NCBI RefSeq assembly: GCF_003428155.1
Contig: NZ_QLIR01000002.1
Location: 210,001-242,000 of the forward strand
DNA: 32,000 nucleotides
Direction of reading: 5' to 3'
From: Fastidiosibacter lacustris
GTDB lineage: Bacteria > Pseudomonadota > Gammaproteobacteria > Francisellales > Francisellaceae
Part shown: positions 18,140 through 27,706 of the stretch, piece after piece
How the letters are laid out: every line of letters starts with the position of its first letter
How positions within the stretch are numbered: position 1 is the first letter of the stretch
The notes under the pieces: generated by a model
Databases searched by the model: none
Told to the model about the DNA's origin: nothing
Seen by the model: the letters and a program-made list of their open reading frames with translations, nothing else
Program-made: the position numbers and the translations under genes

Positions 18140-18957
18140 TTTATCCTTCATTTGCTAAAATAAATCTATTTTTACACATTACAGGTAAGCGTCACGATGG
18201 TTACCATGATCTGCAAACGTGGTTTCAATTTATCGATTTAAAAGACTATTTGCATTTTACACCACGCCAAGACAATGAGATCTCGATTTTAAGCAACATT
18301 AAAATCACAGAGCTCTATAACAATTTAGTTTATAAGGCTTCAAATGCACTCAAAGCCTTTGCTCAGAATCCAATTGGTTTTGACATTTTTATTGAAAAGA
18401 ATATTCCACTAGGGGCTGGTCTTGGCGGTGGCAGCAGTAATGCTGCTACCACCCTTATTGCACTTAACACACTGTGGCAATGCAATTTATCAAATGAAAT
18501 GCTCCATGCAATTGGTGTCAAGCTTGGTGCCGATGTTCCTATATTTTTATTCCAAAAAGCAGCTTGGGCAGAAGGCATAGGTGAATTACTTACTGAGAAA
18601 CCCTATATTGAACAATATGCTTTGATTATAAAACCCAATTTTCATGCCTCAACTGCTAAACTTTTTAATCACCCAAGTCTCAATAAACATAAGCCACTAT
18701 TAGATAAAAATGCTGAAATAGACTTGTCGCAACAAGAAAATGTATTTTTAATCGCTATATCGAACCTCTATCCAGATGTTTGCCAAGAGTTAAATAAATT
18801 GCCTGATGCTAATCAACTAAAGCTGACAGGAACAGGTGCTTGTTTTTACCTATTGAATCCAGATCTTGATCGCCTTTTACAAAATAAGAAAAACTTAAAA
18901 AAAGATATTGACAGTTGGATAGTTAAGACATTAAACTTTGCTCCTGTCGAAAGATGA
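18121..18957 (+). CDS. ispE: 4-diphosphocytidyl-2-C-methyl-D-erythritol kinase
   Basis: PSFAKINLFLHITGKRHDGYHDLQTWFQFID; NIPLGAGLGGGSSNAATTLIALN GHMP kinase motif; LKLTGTGACFYLL. Confidence 0.95.
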   Translation: MATQSLIYPSFAKINLFLHITGKRHDGYHDLQTWFQFIDLKDYLHFTPRQDNEISILSNIKITELYNNLVYKASNALKAFAQNPIGFDIFIEKNIPLGAGLGGGSSNAATTLIALNTLWQCNLSNEMLHAIGVKLGADVPIFLFQKAAWAEGIGELLTEKPYIEQYALIIKPNFHASTAKLFNHPSLNKHKPLLDKNAEIDLSQQENVFLIAISNLYPDVCQELNKLPDANQLKLTGTGACFYLLNPDLDRLLQNKKNLKKDIDSWIVKTLNFAPVER

Positions 18958-18958
18958 C

Positions 18959-18983
18959 AACCCTTGAAGTTAAAGGGTTTTAT
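18959..18983 (+). terminator. Weak hairpin between ispE and tRNA-Gln (AACCCTT-GAAGTTA-AAGGGTT-TTAT); terminator or processing site
   Basis: 7-bp perfect stem 18959-18965 / 18973-18979 followed by a short T-rich stretch. Confidence 0.35.
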
Positions 18984-18992
18984 CGTCAAGAT

Positions 18993-19067
18993 TGGGCTGT
19001 CGCCAAGCGGTAAGGCAACGGGTTTTGATCCCGTCATACCTAGGTTCGAATCCTAGCAGCCCAGCCA
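18993..19067 (+). tRNA. tRNA-Gln (anticodon TTG), CCA encoded
   Basis: TGGGCTGTCGCCAAGCGGTAAGGCAACGGGTTTTGATCCCGTCATACCTAGGTTCGAATCCTAGCAGCCCAGCCA. Acceptor stem TGGGCTG/CAGCCCA, anticodon arm ACGGG-TTTTGAT-CCCGT, T arm CTAGG-TTCGAAT-CCTAG. Confidence 0.97.
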
Positions 19068-19124
19068 TAAACTCCTATAATACTCCTTATATTTCGGGTT
19101 ACAGTTAGAGATGTAAAATAAGTC

Positions 19125-19164
19125 TAAAAAATGTCTCTTTTTACTGTTTAGTGATCTTGATATT
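19125..19164 (-). repeat. Copy 2 (inverted) of the approximately 40-bp dispersed repeat, downstream of tRNA-Gln
   Basis: See 918-956. Confidence 0.9.
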
Positions 19165-19377
19165 TGAGAGTTCTTGCAAGTAGACAAGATTGATCAAAGG
19201 TTTTAATATAAACTGATAGACTTAAGTTATTTTTGAGACATTACTAAGCTTTAAATTAAATTATGTAATGTTGAAATTTTAAGTTTTTATTAAGCTTTAG
19301 CTTTTAATTTTGTGTTGTCTTTGTTCACTTATCTTGAGTGAATTTATTTAACTTCAACTTAAAAATGAGGAAAAGCA

Positions 19378-19983
19378 ATGAAAAAATTAGTATTAGTATT
19401 AGGTTTAGCTGCTGCTTCAACAACTATTTTTGCAACTGGTTATCAGGTCTATAGTGAACCAAATAAAAATTCACAAGTTATTTCTCAATTAACAGACCAA
19501 AACCAAAATCAATATATCCAATTTTACCAGCAAGATGACTGGGTGAAGGTAGCAAATACTCAAACAGGAGCAGTTGGCTGGGTAGATACGGCAAAAATGC
19601 AACAATCACAAGCTAAATATCAAAATGCTATTAATGCATTAACTGCTGAGCAAAAGCAACTTGAAGCGCAACGACAATTATTTGAGCAAAACTATCAACA
19701 AGCCGTTTCTCATTTGCAACAAAAAGTGCAACGATTACAGCAACAAATGAATGCAAAAACTGAGCAACCAATTCCAAATGTGCAAGTAAACGATCAACCT
19801 GTAGTACAGAATCAAACCCAAACAAATATTCAACGTTCATTTAATGCGATAAGTATAAAAACGAATTCAGACGGAAAAACAGCGACAGTGACAAAAGAAT
19901 GGTTAGGGAATGATGGTAAAATTCATAAGGAAACTAAACAAGTTACTTTAAGTGACTTACAAAATACATCTTTGAATTTCTGA
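19378..19983 (+). CDS. Exported protein with N-terminal bacterial SH3-like domain and Gln-rich coiled coil; function unknown
   Basis: Signal peptide MKKLVLVLGLAAASTTIFA; GYQVYSEPNKNSQVISQL...DDWVKVANTQTGAVGWVDTAKM SH3b pattern; RBS GAGGAAAA. Confidence 0.72.
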   Translation: MKKLVLVLGLAAASTTIFATGYQVYSEPNKNSQVISQLTDQNQNQYIQFYQQDDWVKVANTQTGAVGWVDTAKMQQSQAKYQNAINALTAEQKQLEAQRQLFEQNYQQAVSHLQQKVQRLQQQMNAKTEQPIPNVQVNDQPVVQNQTQTNIQRSFNAISIKTNSDGKTATVTKEWLGNDGKIHKETKQVTLSDLQNTSLNF

Positions 19984-20018
19984 GTTTTGACAATATCTGA
20001 CAAAGTCAATTTTAAGGA

Positions 20019-21215
20019 TCAATTTTTAATGTTTCTATTGAGTTGAATGCGATGAGTTAGAATAATGCTGACAAGCGCGCATATTGCCAATGTGGATAAA
20101 ATAATAGACAGTGGTAATTGACTTTTTAGTGGTATAAAAGCAGCAAGAGCAGTTAAGATTCCAGCACCTAAATTTTGTGTACCTCCTAAAACTGCTCCTG
20201 CCGTTCCTGCAATATTGGGAAACGCTTCTAATGCCTTAGTTGTTGCAGTTGGAAAAATAATGCCACAGCCTAGAAAATAAATGCAACCAGGTAAAATAAT
20301 ACCTAAGCTTGTGATCCCAACTAAGTAATAAGATAAAATCATAGTAATTCCACTTATGAATAAAGTAACACAGCCAATCAGTAACAAATGATCTAAGCTA
20401 TATACGCGAGCAAGTCTAGCTGAAAGAAAGCTACCAAACATATAAAATGGTAAAGGAATAATAAACAACAAACTTGTGATTGCTGGAGAAAATTGCAAAA
20501 TAGAAGTAAAAAGTGCACCAGAGCTCACTTCAAATATGGCGATACCACTATTAGCAACAATCAAAAGAATCAGATTTATGATAAAGTTGGAATTGCAAAA
20601 CACAAGTTTATATTTAGAAAATACATTTCCACGGGCAGATCTTTGTAAGTTTGTTTCAGGGAAGAAAGCCCACTGGATAATAAAGAGCAAGATCCCATAA
20701 ATACTTAAGAATACGAAAATTGCACGCCAACTATGTAGATCGGAAAATAAACCACCTAGTAAAGGTGCGATAAGTGGTGAAAAAATAAGTGCAATTGCCA
20801 TAATGCTATTTGCACTATGTAGCTTTAATCCAGAGTACAAATCACGCATCACTGTCCTTACCATGACACCAGCAACTGCTGTACCACTACCCTGTAGAAA
20901 GCTTGCACATAAGAGTGTTACAAAATGTGTTGAGAATATTGCTAAGGTGGAACCCAACGTAAAAAAGATGATCCCAACTAAAATCATAGGTCTACGACCA
21001 AAGCGATCAGAGTAAGGACCGTAAACAAACTGTAATAAGCCATAAGGGAAAAGGTAACAAGCAATAACTGCCTGCATTCTACCTACACTTACTGAAAAAT
21101 CATGTGCCATTTGGGTCATTGCAGGAACGTATATAGTGTTTGTCATTTGTCCCGCAGCTGTCAAAATAATAATCAAACTTAAAATTCGGTAGAAATTACG
21201 ATCAAAGGTTGCCAT
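20019..21215 (-). CDS. MFS multidrug transporter (Bcr/CflA/EmrD-like)
   Basis: 398 aa, 12-TM profile; TNTIYVPAMTQMAHDFSVSVGRMQAVIACYLFPYGLLQFVYGPYSDRFGRRPMILVG; LQGSGTAVAGVMVRTVMRDLY. Confidence 0.85.
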   Translation of the reverse strand: MATFDRNFYRILSLIIILTAAGQMTNTIYVPAMTQMAHDFSVSVGRMQAVIACYLFPYGLLQFVYGPYSDRFGRRPMILVGIIFFTLGSTLAIFSTHFVTLLCASFLQGSGTAVAGVMVRTVMRDLYSGLKLHSANSIMAIALIFSPLIAPLLGGLFSDLHSWRAIFVFLSIYGILLFIIQWAFFPETNLQRSARGNVFSKYKLVFCNSNFIINLILLIVANSGIAIFEVSSGALFTSILQFSPAITSLLFIIPLPFYMFGSFLSARLARVYSLDHLLLIGCVTLFISGITMILSYYLVGITSLGIILPGCIYFLGCGIIFPTATTKALEAFPNIAGTAGAVLGGTQNLGAGILTALAAFIPLKSQLPLSIILSTLAICALVSIILTHRIQLNRNIKN

Positions 21216-21530
21216 AGTAGCATCTGAATTAAGTGGCTCATAAATTTGTTGTCATAATATCCTAAAATAAGAAAAATAAAAGTATTGTAATTGTTATTTT
21301 GGGGTAACCTTAACTGAATAGACTCCTTATCTGTATATGTATTGCCTGAAGCAATATCTAGGCTTAAAAGCCTTATAAACTCAATTCCTGATCATCAGCT
21401 GTTATTAGACGGCAAACTAATAGCCCTATGAGATTAGTGAAATGCAAAAAGTAGAAGATTTGTACCCAACTCTTTCGAGATAGAACTATAAAAATGAATT
21501 ATTATCTTTGATAATTTGGAGAAATTGCAT

Positions 21531-21653
21531 ATGGGAGTGGGAATTATAATTTGTGTAGCATTAGCTATATTGCATCACAATTCGTTTAATGCTGAAAAGG
21601 CTGATATATCAAAAATAAATAATTTTGTGACAGACTGTAGGGTTCAAAGCTAA
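21531..21653 (+). other. Candidate 40-aa small ORF (MGVGIIICVALAILHHNSFNAEKADISKINNFVTDCRVQS), not in the supplied ORF track
   Basis: ATG at 21531 with GGAGA about 10 nt upstream, hydrophobic N-terminus, TAA at 21651-21653. No family recognised. Confidence 0.25.
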
Positions 21654-21721
21654 AAAGGCTGTAAATAAGTATATGATATGTATATACTGCCAAGCCAAAG
21701 AGACAAGCAAGCTTTTACATT

Positions 21722-22510
21722 ATGTTACTTACTTTAGACGTTGGCAATTCACATATCCATGCAGGAGTTTTTAACCAAGATGAGTTGGTTTTGCAGTTTC
21801 GTTATACTACTGCATCTGCGCATGGTAGTTCAGATCAAATTGGTATTTTCTTGCGCCAAGCGTTGCATGAAAATAAAATTAACTCTAAGACGATTACAGG
21901 AGTAGCTGTGGCTTCAGTTGTGCCTGCAATTAATTATTCTTTGCGTTCTGCAGTTTTAAAATATTTTGACCTTGAACCTTTTTTTCTACAACCAGGTGTG
22001 AAAACAGGTTTAAAAATGCAAGTAGCAACGCCAAAGGAAGTTGGTGCAGACAGAATTGCCGGCTGTATAGCGGCAGTGCAATTATTTCCAAATACAGATA
22101 TTTTGGTTATAGATTTGGGAACAGCTACCGTATTTGACGTTGTGCGTAAAGATAAGACATATTTGAGTGGGGCTATTTTGCCAGGCGTGCGAGTTTCTTT
22201 AGATGCACTAAGTGCAAGTGCAGCACAACTTTCATCAGTGAGTATTGTAAAACCACAGATAGTAATTGGTAAAGATACTGATACTAATTTGCAATCAGGC
22301 ATATATTATGGACATCTAGGTGCGTTAAAAGAGCTTAAATCAGCGATGATTAATGAGATTAATGTAGAGGCAAATGAAGTTGTTACAATTGCAACGGGTG
22401 GTTTTTCACAGTTGTTTAACGTTAAAGGATTGTTTGATATGATCGTGCCAGATCTGGTTTTACAAGGTATTAAAATAGCCTTTGATAAAAATAAAATACA
22501 AGAGAAATAA
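21722..22510 (+). CDS. coaX: Type III pantothenate kinase
   Basis: MLLTLDVGNSHIHAGVF; DRIAGCIAAVQLFPNTDILVIDLGTATVFDVV; LSGAILPGVRVSLDALSASAAQL; ATGGFSQL. Confidence 0.95.
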   Translation: MLLTLDVGNSHIHAGVFNQDELVLQFRYTTASAHGSSDQIGIFLRQALHENKINSKTITGVAVASVVPAINYSLRSAVLKYFDLEPFFLQPGVKTGLKMQVATPKEVGADRIAGCIAAVQLFPNTDILVIDLGTATVFDVVRKDKTYLSGAILPGVRVSLDALSASAAQLSSVSIVKPQIVIGKDTDTNLQSGIYYGHLGALKELKSAMINEINVEANEVVTIATGGFSQLFNVKGLFDMIVPDLVLQGIKIAFDKNKIQEK

Positions 22511-22514
22511 ATAA

Positions 22515-23087
22515 ATGCGACCAACTAGGGAACAAGCAGAACAAGCAATAAAAACGTTATTAGAATATATAGGTGAAAATCCAAATCGCGAAGGGCTAAT
22601 TGATACACCTAAGCGCGTCATAAAATCGTATGATGAGTTTTTTAAAGGGTATTCAGAAGAGCCAGAAGAAATTTTAGCAAAAACCTTTGAGGATGTTGAA
22701 GGTTATGATGAGATTGTATTGTTAAAAAACATGCGTTTAGAATCGTATTGCGAACATCATATGGTCCCGATTGTCGGCAAGGCTCATGTTGCTTATTTAC
22801 CTAATGGTAAAGTCGTGGGAATTAGCAAAATTGCACGTGTAGTAGACGTGTATTCAAAACGGTTACAAACCCAAGAGCGCTTAACGATGCAAATTGCTTT
22901 AGCGATTGAGAAAGCCTTAATTCCCAAAGGGGTTGCTGTCATCATTGACTCTATGCACCAATGTATGACAACACGAGGCGTACGTAAGTCTGAAACCTCA
23001 ACGGTTACAAGTTGCATGCGTGGCATTTTTAGGCGTGATGAAAAAAGTAGAAGTGAATTGATGTTACTTATTTCAGGGTTAAATTAA
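22515..23087 (+). CDS. folE: GTP cyclohydrolase I
   Basis: GLIDTPKRVIKSYDEFFKGY; SYCEHHMVPIVGKAHVAYLPNGKVVGISKIARVVDVYSKRLQTQERLTMQIA; MHQCMTTRGVRKSETSTVTSCMRG. Confidence 0.97.
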   Translation: MRPTREQAEQAIKTLLEYIGENPNREGLIDTPKRVIKSYDEFFKGYSEEPEEILAKTFEDVEGYDEIVLLKNMRLESYCEHHMVPIVGKAHVAYLPNGKVVGISKIARVVDVYSKRLQTQERLTMQIALAIEKALIPKGVAVIIDSMHQCMTTRGVRKSETSTVTSCMRGIFRRDEKSRSELMLLISGLN

Positions 23088-23178
23088 GATTCCAAATTAA
23101 CCATAAAGCTATAAAAAAGCTTGGTTTAATGTGTATTATTTATATAATAATTGAATCATAAATTCACCTAATCATGTA

Positions 23179-23751
23179 ATGAAAAAGTTGCTGATACTCT
23201 TAGTGTGCTATTGCCTTGTAGGATGCGCTAGTACACATGAAATTATCACAAGCTCAATGCAAAAAACAGTTGCGGCTCCAATAAATGATGTTCATTATGT
23301 AGATAAATTAGTAAAATTACCTAAAAATGCGACAGCTTACCTTGCTTACCCTAATAATGGATATGATGATTTGCATAGCTATCCACAAAGTGGTAAAAAA
23401 GCAATTAATGTGATTAATCAAAGTTTTAAATCTTATTTTAGAGAGCTACATTGCGCTAAAGATTTCAGATCCGCACAGTTTGAATATTTGGCAGCTAGAG
23501 AAAAAAATTACGACTATTTTATTTTGCCGCGTATTACTAAGTGGACAGATAGCTATACACTATTTACAGGAATAGCAGATGAAGTAGTAATGAATTTAAA
23601 GATTTATGATTTAAAAACAAACACACTCATCAATGAGATAAGAATCAACAGTCAAAGCTCAAAAGTACCAGGTTTTGAAAAATCACCATCAGAGTTGTTA
23701 CAAGAACCACTATCGGCAATTGCGAGTCATTTATTTATAGATGAGATGTAG
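23179..23751 (+). CDS. DUF4823 domain-containing putative lipoprotein
   Basis: Lipoprotein signal MKKLLILLVCYCLVGCAS; the DYFILPRITKWTDSYTLFTGIADEVVMNLKIYDLKTNTLINEI pattern resembles DUF4823. Confidence 0.75.
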   Translation: MKKLLILLVCYCLVGCASTHEIITSSMQKTVAAPINDVHYVDKLVKLPKNATAYLAYPNNGYDDLHSYPQSGKKAINVINQSFKSYFRELHCAKDFRSAQFEYLAAREKNYDYFILPRITKWTDSYTLFTGIADEVVMNLKIYDLKTNTLINEIRINSQSSKVPGFEKSPSELLQEPLSAIASHLFIDEM

Positions 23752-23760
23752 GTTATAAGC

Positions 23761-24282
23761 ATGGATAAAGAAAGACTCACCGAAGCTTATGCAATTTTAC
23801 CAATGGAATTTACTGAGAATCACGAACTTCCCTTTTTTGATGAATGTGATTTACACGATTTAATTGATGCTGGTGAAGACGTTTTTAAACGTAAGGTTAT
23901 GATGACTAAAGAAACATATCACGCTTGGCAGATGATGCAAAAAATTGCGCAACGTGAAGGCGTGTCATTACTGATTGTGTCAGCATTTCGAAGCTATACC
24001 TATCAGGCTAAGATTATTGCCAATAAGTTAGCAAAAGGACTGTCATTAAATGAGATCTTAAAAGTTTCTGCTTTACCTGGATTTAGTGAGCATCACACAG
24101 GAAGAGCTCTTGATTTAACCACTGATGATGAAAAGCAAGTTTTAACACAAGCCTTTGAGAATACAAAAGCGTTTCAGTGGCTTACACAAAATGCACATAA
24201 ATTTAACTTTTATCTTAGTTATTCACGGAATAATAGTTATGGCTTTATTTATGAACCCTGGCATTGGTGTTATAAATCCTAG
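23761..24282 (+). CDS. D-alanyl-D-alanine carboxypeptidase-type M15 family (VanY-like) metallopeptidase
   Basis: LLIVSAFRSYTYQAKIIANKL; PGFSEHHTGRALDL; YGFIYEPWHWCY zinc-ligand motifs. Confidence 0.85.
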   Translation: MDKERLTEAYAILPMEFTENHELPFFDECDLHDLIDAGEDVFKRKVMMTKETYHAWQMMQKIAQREGVSLLIVSAFRSYTYQAKIIANKLAKGLSLNEILKVSALPGFSEHHTGRALDLTTDDEKQVLTQAFENTKAFQWLTQNAHKFNFYLSYSRNNSYGFIYEPWHWCYKS

Positions 24283-24330
24283 TACGGTTATGTTATGCTT
24301 TTTATTCCTATAACAAAATTCTAAATCAAC

Positions 24331-25119
24331 ATGTTACAGCATTATGCTTTGGTGCTTGAGTATTGTGGCACTAAATACAGTGGTTGGCAAAGGCAAATAC
24401 ATAGTAAGAGTGTACAAGAAGTATTAGAAAATGCTTTATCACAAATTGCTAATCAAAAAATACAAGTGGTATGTGCAGGGCGTACAGATGCAGGTGTTCA
24501 TGCTACTGCTCAAGTGGTGCATTTCTCGACAACAGCAGTTAGAAAGTTGCAAGCATGGGTATTAGGTACTAATGCGCATTTGCCAAACGATATTAAGATT
24601 AGTTGTGCCTATCAAGTAGATGTAAATTTTAGCGCACGCTTTAGCGCATTATATCGCCGCTATCAATATGTTATTTATCAACATAAAACCAGCAGTGCTT
24701 TATGGTATGAGCGTAGTACATGGTTTAACCAAAACCTAGACATATTGGGCATGAATGAAGCTTGCCAGTATCTTCTTGGTGAGCAAGATTTTAGTGTATT
24801 TCGTTCATCACAATGCCAATCACTTAGCACTAATCGGAATATTCACCATGCTTATTTTACGCAAAAAAACGCATTCATCATATTTGATATTCAAGGTAAT
24901 GCTTTTTTGCATCACATGGTAAGAAATATTGTTGGATCGATGTTAGAGGTGGGTTTGTCTAAACGCACGCCACAGTGGATACAAACGCTTATTGCAAAAA
25001 AAGATCGCACATTAGCAGGTCAAACTGCGCCAGCTCAGGGTTTATATTTAATTGAGGTGGGCTATCCGGAGCATCTAGGCATTAAAGCATATCAATATGT
25101 TCCATTTATTCATCATTAA
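24331..25119 (+). CDS. truA: tRNA pseudouridine(38-40) synthase
   Basis: LVLEYCGTKYSGWQRQ; VCAGRTDAGVHATAQVVHF; FLHHMVRNIVGSMLEVG. Confidence 0.96.
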   Translation: MLQHYALVLEYCGTKYSGWQRQIHSKSVQEVLENALSQIANQKIQVVCAGRTDAGVHATAQVVHFSTTAVRKLQAWVLGTNAHLPNDIKISCAYQVDVNFSARFSALYRRYQYVIYQHKTSSALWYERSTWFNQNLDILGMNEACQYLLGEQDFSVFRSSQCQSLSTNRNIHHAYFTQKNAFIIFDIQGNAFLHHMVRNIVGSMLEVGLSKRTPQWIQTLIAKKDRTLAGQTAPAQGLYLIEVGYPEHLGIKAYQYVPFIHH

Positions 25120-25358
25120 AATGAGGTTTTGATTATGTCGTGTAGGTTTTATTTAGAACTGCTAATTTATATTTGGTTTTCCTCTATAAGCTTGCTATAT
25201 TGCCGATGGCAGAAATATGCTTGCAGAATTCACTTTTAATTTTATCAGTCAAATTATAAGCTTGATTTAACTTGGGTTTAGATTGGTGAACGAGCGTTAA
25301 GATAATTTTGCAAGTATTTCGTTATGAATTGTAAATTGAGTTAAGTTGGAGGAACAAG

Positions 25359-26498
25359 ATGATTATTGGTATTCCTAAAGAAATTAAAAATCATGAATAT
25401 CGTGTTGGGTTAACACCTGGGAATGTTGCAGAGTTTGTTCATCATGGTCATAGCGTATTGGTTGAACATGATGCAGGTGATGCAATAGGGTTTTCAAATG
25501 AAAGTTATATAGAGGCGGGTGCAAGCATTGTTGATGATCCAGCCCAAATATATGCTAAAGCTGATATGATTATTAAAGTAAAGGAGCCTCAACCTAATGA
25601 ATGTAAAATGCTGCGAAAAGGACAGCTCCTGTTTACTTATTTGCATTTAGCACCTGATCCATTACAAACGAAACTCTTATTGGAATCAGGCTGTACTGCG
25701 ATTGCTTATGAAATGGTTACTGATAAAAATGGTCGATTACCTTTATTAACTCCAATGAGTGAGGTGGCGGGGCGCTTGTCTGTGCAAGCTGGTGCCCATT
25801 GCCTAGAAAAAGCTCAAGGCGGTAGTGGTGTGCTTTTAGGTGGTGTGCCAGGTGTGAAATCAGCAAAAGTTGTAGTTATTGGTGGGGGTGTTGTGGGTTT
25901 AAATGCAATTCGCATGGCGATTGGTATGGAAGCACATGTAACGGTGTTAGACAAATCTCTAGATCGCCTACGGGAATTAGATGATTATTTTGGTCCTAAA
26001 CTTAATTGTATCTATGCAACGAAGGATAACCTTGAAAAATATGTGCAAGAAGCAGATTTGGTGATCGGTGCAGTATTAGTGCCAGGGGCGGCTGCACCTA
26101 AACTTGTAACAAGAGAAATGATCAAAAATATGAAAAAAGGTTCAGTCGTTGTTGATGTTGCCATTGATCAAGGAGGCTGTTTTGAAACTTCAAGACCAAC
26201 AACGCATCAAAACCCGACCTATGTAGTTGATGGTGTGGTGCATTATTGTGTTGCTAATATGCCAGGTGCGGTTGCAAGAACCTCAACGGTTGCTTTAAAT
26301 AACGCGACGCTTCCGTTTGCATTGCAACTTGCTAACAAAGGTTATAAGAAGGCAATTGTTGAGAATGTGCATCTAGAGCATGGCTTAAGCGTTCATAATG
26401 GAATGCTAACTTCACTGCCAGTGGCGGAAGCCTTAAACATTCCTTATGTAAATCCTCTGGAAGCCTTAAATAGCAAAGGACAAGCATTTGTGGCATAA
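25359..26498 (+). CDS. ald: Alanine dehydrogenase
   Basis: [36 protein letters not shown]; [26 protein letters not shown]; [20 protein letters not shown]; [24 protein letters not shown]. Confidence 0.97.
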   Translation: MIIGIPKEIKNHEYRVGLTPGNVAEFVHHGHSVLVEHDAGDAIGFSNESYIEAGASIVDDPAQIYAKADMIIKVKEPQPNECKMLRKGQLLFTYLHLAPDPLQTKLLLESGCTAIAYEMVTDKNGRLPLLTPMSEVAGRLSVQAGAHCLEKAQGGSGVLLGGVPGVKSAKVVVIGGGVVGLNAIRMAIGMEAHVTVLDKSLDRLRELDDYFGPKLNCIYATKDNLEKYVQEADLVIGAVLVPGAAAPKLVTREMIKNMKKGSVVVDVAIDQGGCFETSRPTTHQNPTYVVDGVVHYCVANMPGAVARTSTVALNNATLPFALQLANKGYKKAIVENVHLEHGLSVHNGMLTSLPVAEALNIPYVNPLEALNSKGQAFVA

Positions 26499-26909
26499 AC
26501 CAAATAATTCAATGGTGTGTTGACTAATAGCAAACGCACTTTTTTGTGCGAGTTTTTGTAATGTTTGATCTAGTTGTTCATCGTGTTGTTCGATCTTTGT
26601 GCCACAGTTTTTGCAGATAAATAGCTGGCAAATGTGTTTTTCTGGATGACAACAAATCGTATAGCAATTGGTTGTATGGATGCGATGAATCAATTCATTT
26701 TGACACAAAAAATCTAAGACGCGATAGATAGACATGATGTTGTAATTTTTATCCTTGCTTTGCTCGTTTAATTTAGCAAGCAACTCATAAGCTGTAATCG
26801 GTTGGTTTTGTTCAGATAAAAGAAGAATGATGAGCTTACGTAAACTTGTAAGCTTGATGCTGTGCTTTAAGCAATGGCTTTCTATGTGTGCAACAACGTT
26901 ATTCATCAT
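26466..26909 (-). CDS. zur: Fur-family transcriptional regulator, probable zinc uptake regulator Zur
   Basis: LISLLRKLIILLLSEQNQPITAYELLAKL winged-helix region, HPEKHICQLFICKNCGTK and CHKC zinc motifs, last gene of the znu cluster. The track start at 26978 overlaps znuB; internal ATG at 26909 (MMNNVVAHIES) is preferred. Confidence 0.88.
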   Translation of the reverse strand: MMNNVVAHIESHCLKHSIKLTSLRKLIILLLSEQNQPITAYELLAKLNEQSKDKNYNIMSIYRVLDFLCQNELIHRIHTTNCYTICCHPEKHICQLFICKNCGTKIEQHDEQLDQTLQKLAQKSAFAISQHTIELFGLCHKCLSFAI

Positions 26910-26911
26910 TT

Positions 26912-27706
26912 TTACTGCCACATTAGGTTTTTGATAAGACCGATTATATAAATCAAACAAATAATCATAGTAATACAAAAGCTGGCAGGAAGGTTAACAT
27001 AAAATGCTAAACATAACGCCCCCCAAACGCTAATAAGCGAGATCATAATACTTAGAAGCATGCTTTTATAAAATCCATCGCTCCATTGAAAGGCGCTAGC
27101 AGCTGGTCCAATAAGAAGAGTAAATACTAAAAGTGCGCCAACAATTTGGCATGCCATTGTGACTGTGAGTGCCAAAATAATGAAAAAAATCATCGACAGT
27201 AATCTGCTTGGAATGTTTTTAGATTGGGCAATAATAGGATCAATTGAGCAAAAAAAGAGTGATCTGGCAACAATAGATAATGCACATATAATTATGATGG
27301 CCATAATTAGTAGTATGATAATCTGTCTATAAGAAACCGTTAGAATATTTCCAAACAAAATTGACATAATCGAGCCAGAGTAACCAGTTTGATATAGATA
27401 GAGAAAATAAGCACCTAAACCTAAGAAAAAGGTGAGAACGATTCCAATGGCAAGGTCATTTTTTTTAATTTTGTCTCCCATAAAGCCCATGAAAATTGCC
27501 GCAATCATGTTTGCAATGAGCTGACCATTCATGGCAGAGACTCCAATTAACACAGCACCAGAGGCACCGGTAAGGCTGATGTGACCTAAGCCGTGTGCAG
27601 CAAAAGCAGCTTTACGTAACACGACAAAAAAACTTACGATTCCACAGATAATAGCAATGAGGGTACCTGCAATAAAGGCATTTTGCATGAAACTATAAAA
27701 TAACAC
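26912..27706 (-). CDS. znuB: Zinc ABC transporter permease ZnuB
   Basis: FVVLRKAAFAAHGLGHISLTGASGAVLIG; ALTVTMACQIVGALLVFTLLIGPAASA ABC-3 permease motifs; clustered with znuC and znuA. Confidence 0.93.
   Translation of the reverse strand: MLFYSFMQNAFIAGTLIAIICGIVSFFVVLRKAAFAAHGLGHISLTGASGAVLIGVSAMNGQLIANMIAAIFMGFMGDKIKKNDLAIGIVLTFFLGLGAYFLYLYQTGYSGSIMSILFGNILTVSYRQIIILLIMAIIIICALSIVARSLFFCSIDPIIAQSKNIPSRLLSMIFFIILALTVTMACQIVGALLVFTLLIGPAASAFQWSDGFYKSMLLSIMISLISVWGALCLAFYVNLPASFCITMIICLIYIIGLIKNLMWQ

Noticed and set aside
18846-19037. Minus-strand 63-aa ORF across the ispE 3' end and tRNA-Gln
   Set aside because: Overlaps the tRNA gene and ispE coding sequence; spurious.
25138-25242. 34-aa ORF (MSCRFYLELLIYIWFSSISLLYCRWQKYACRIHF) between truA and ald
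   Set aside because: No convincing RBS or domain, and the composition looks like a chance open frame in AT-rich DNA.
26910-26978. Extended N-terminus of Zur (MYYYDYLFDLYNRSYQKPNVAVK…)
   Set aside because: It would overlap the 3' end of znuB. Internal ATG 26909 gives a normal-length Fur-family protein.
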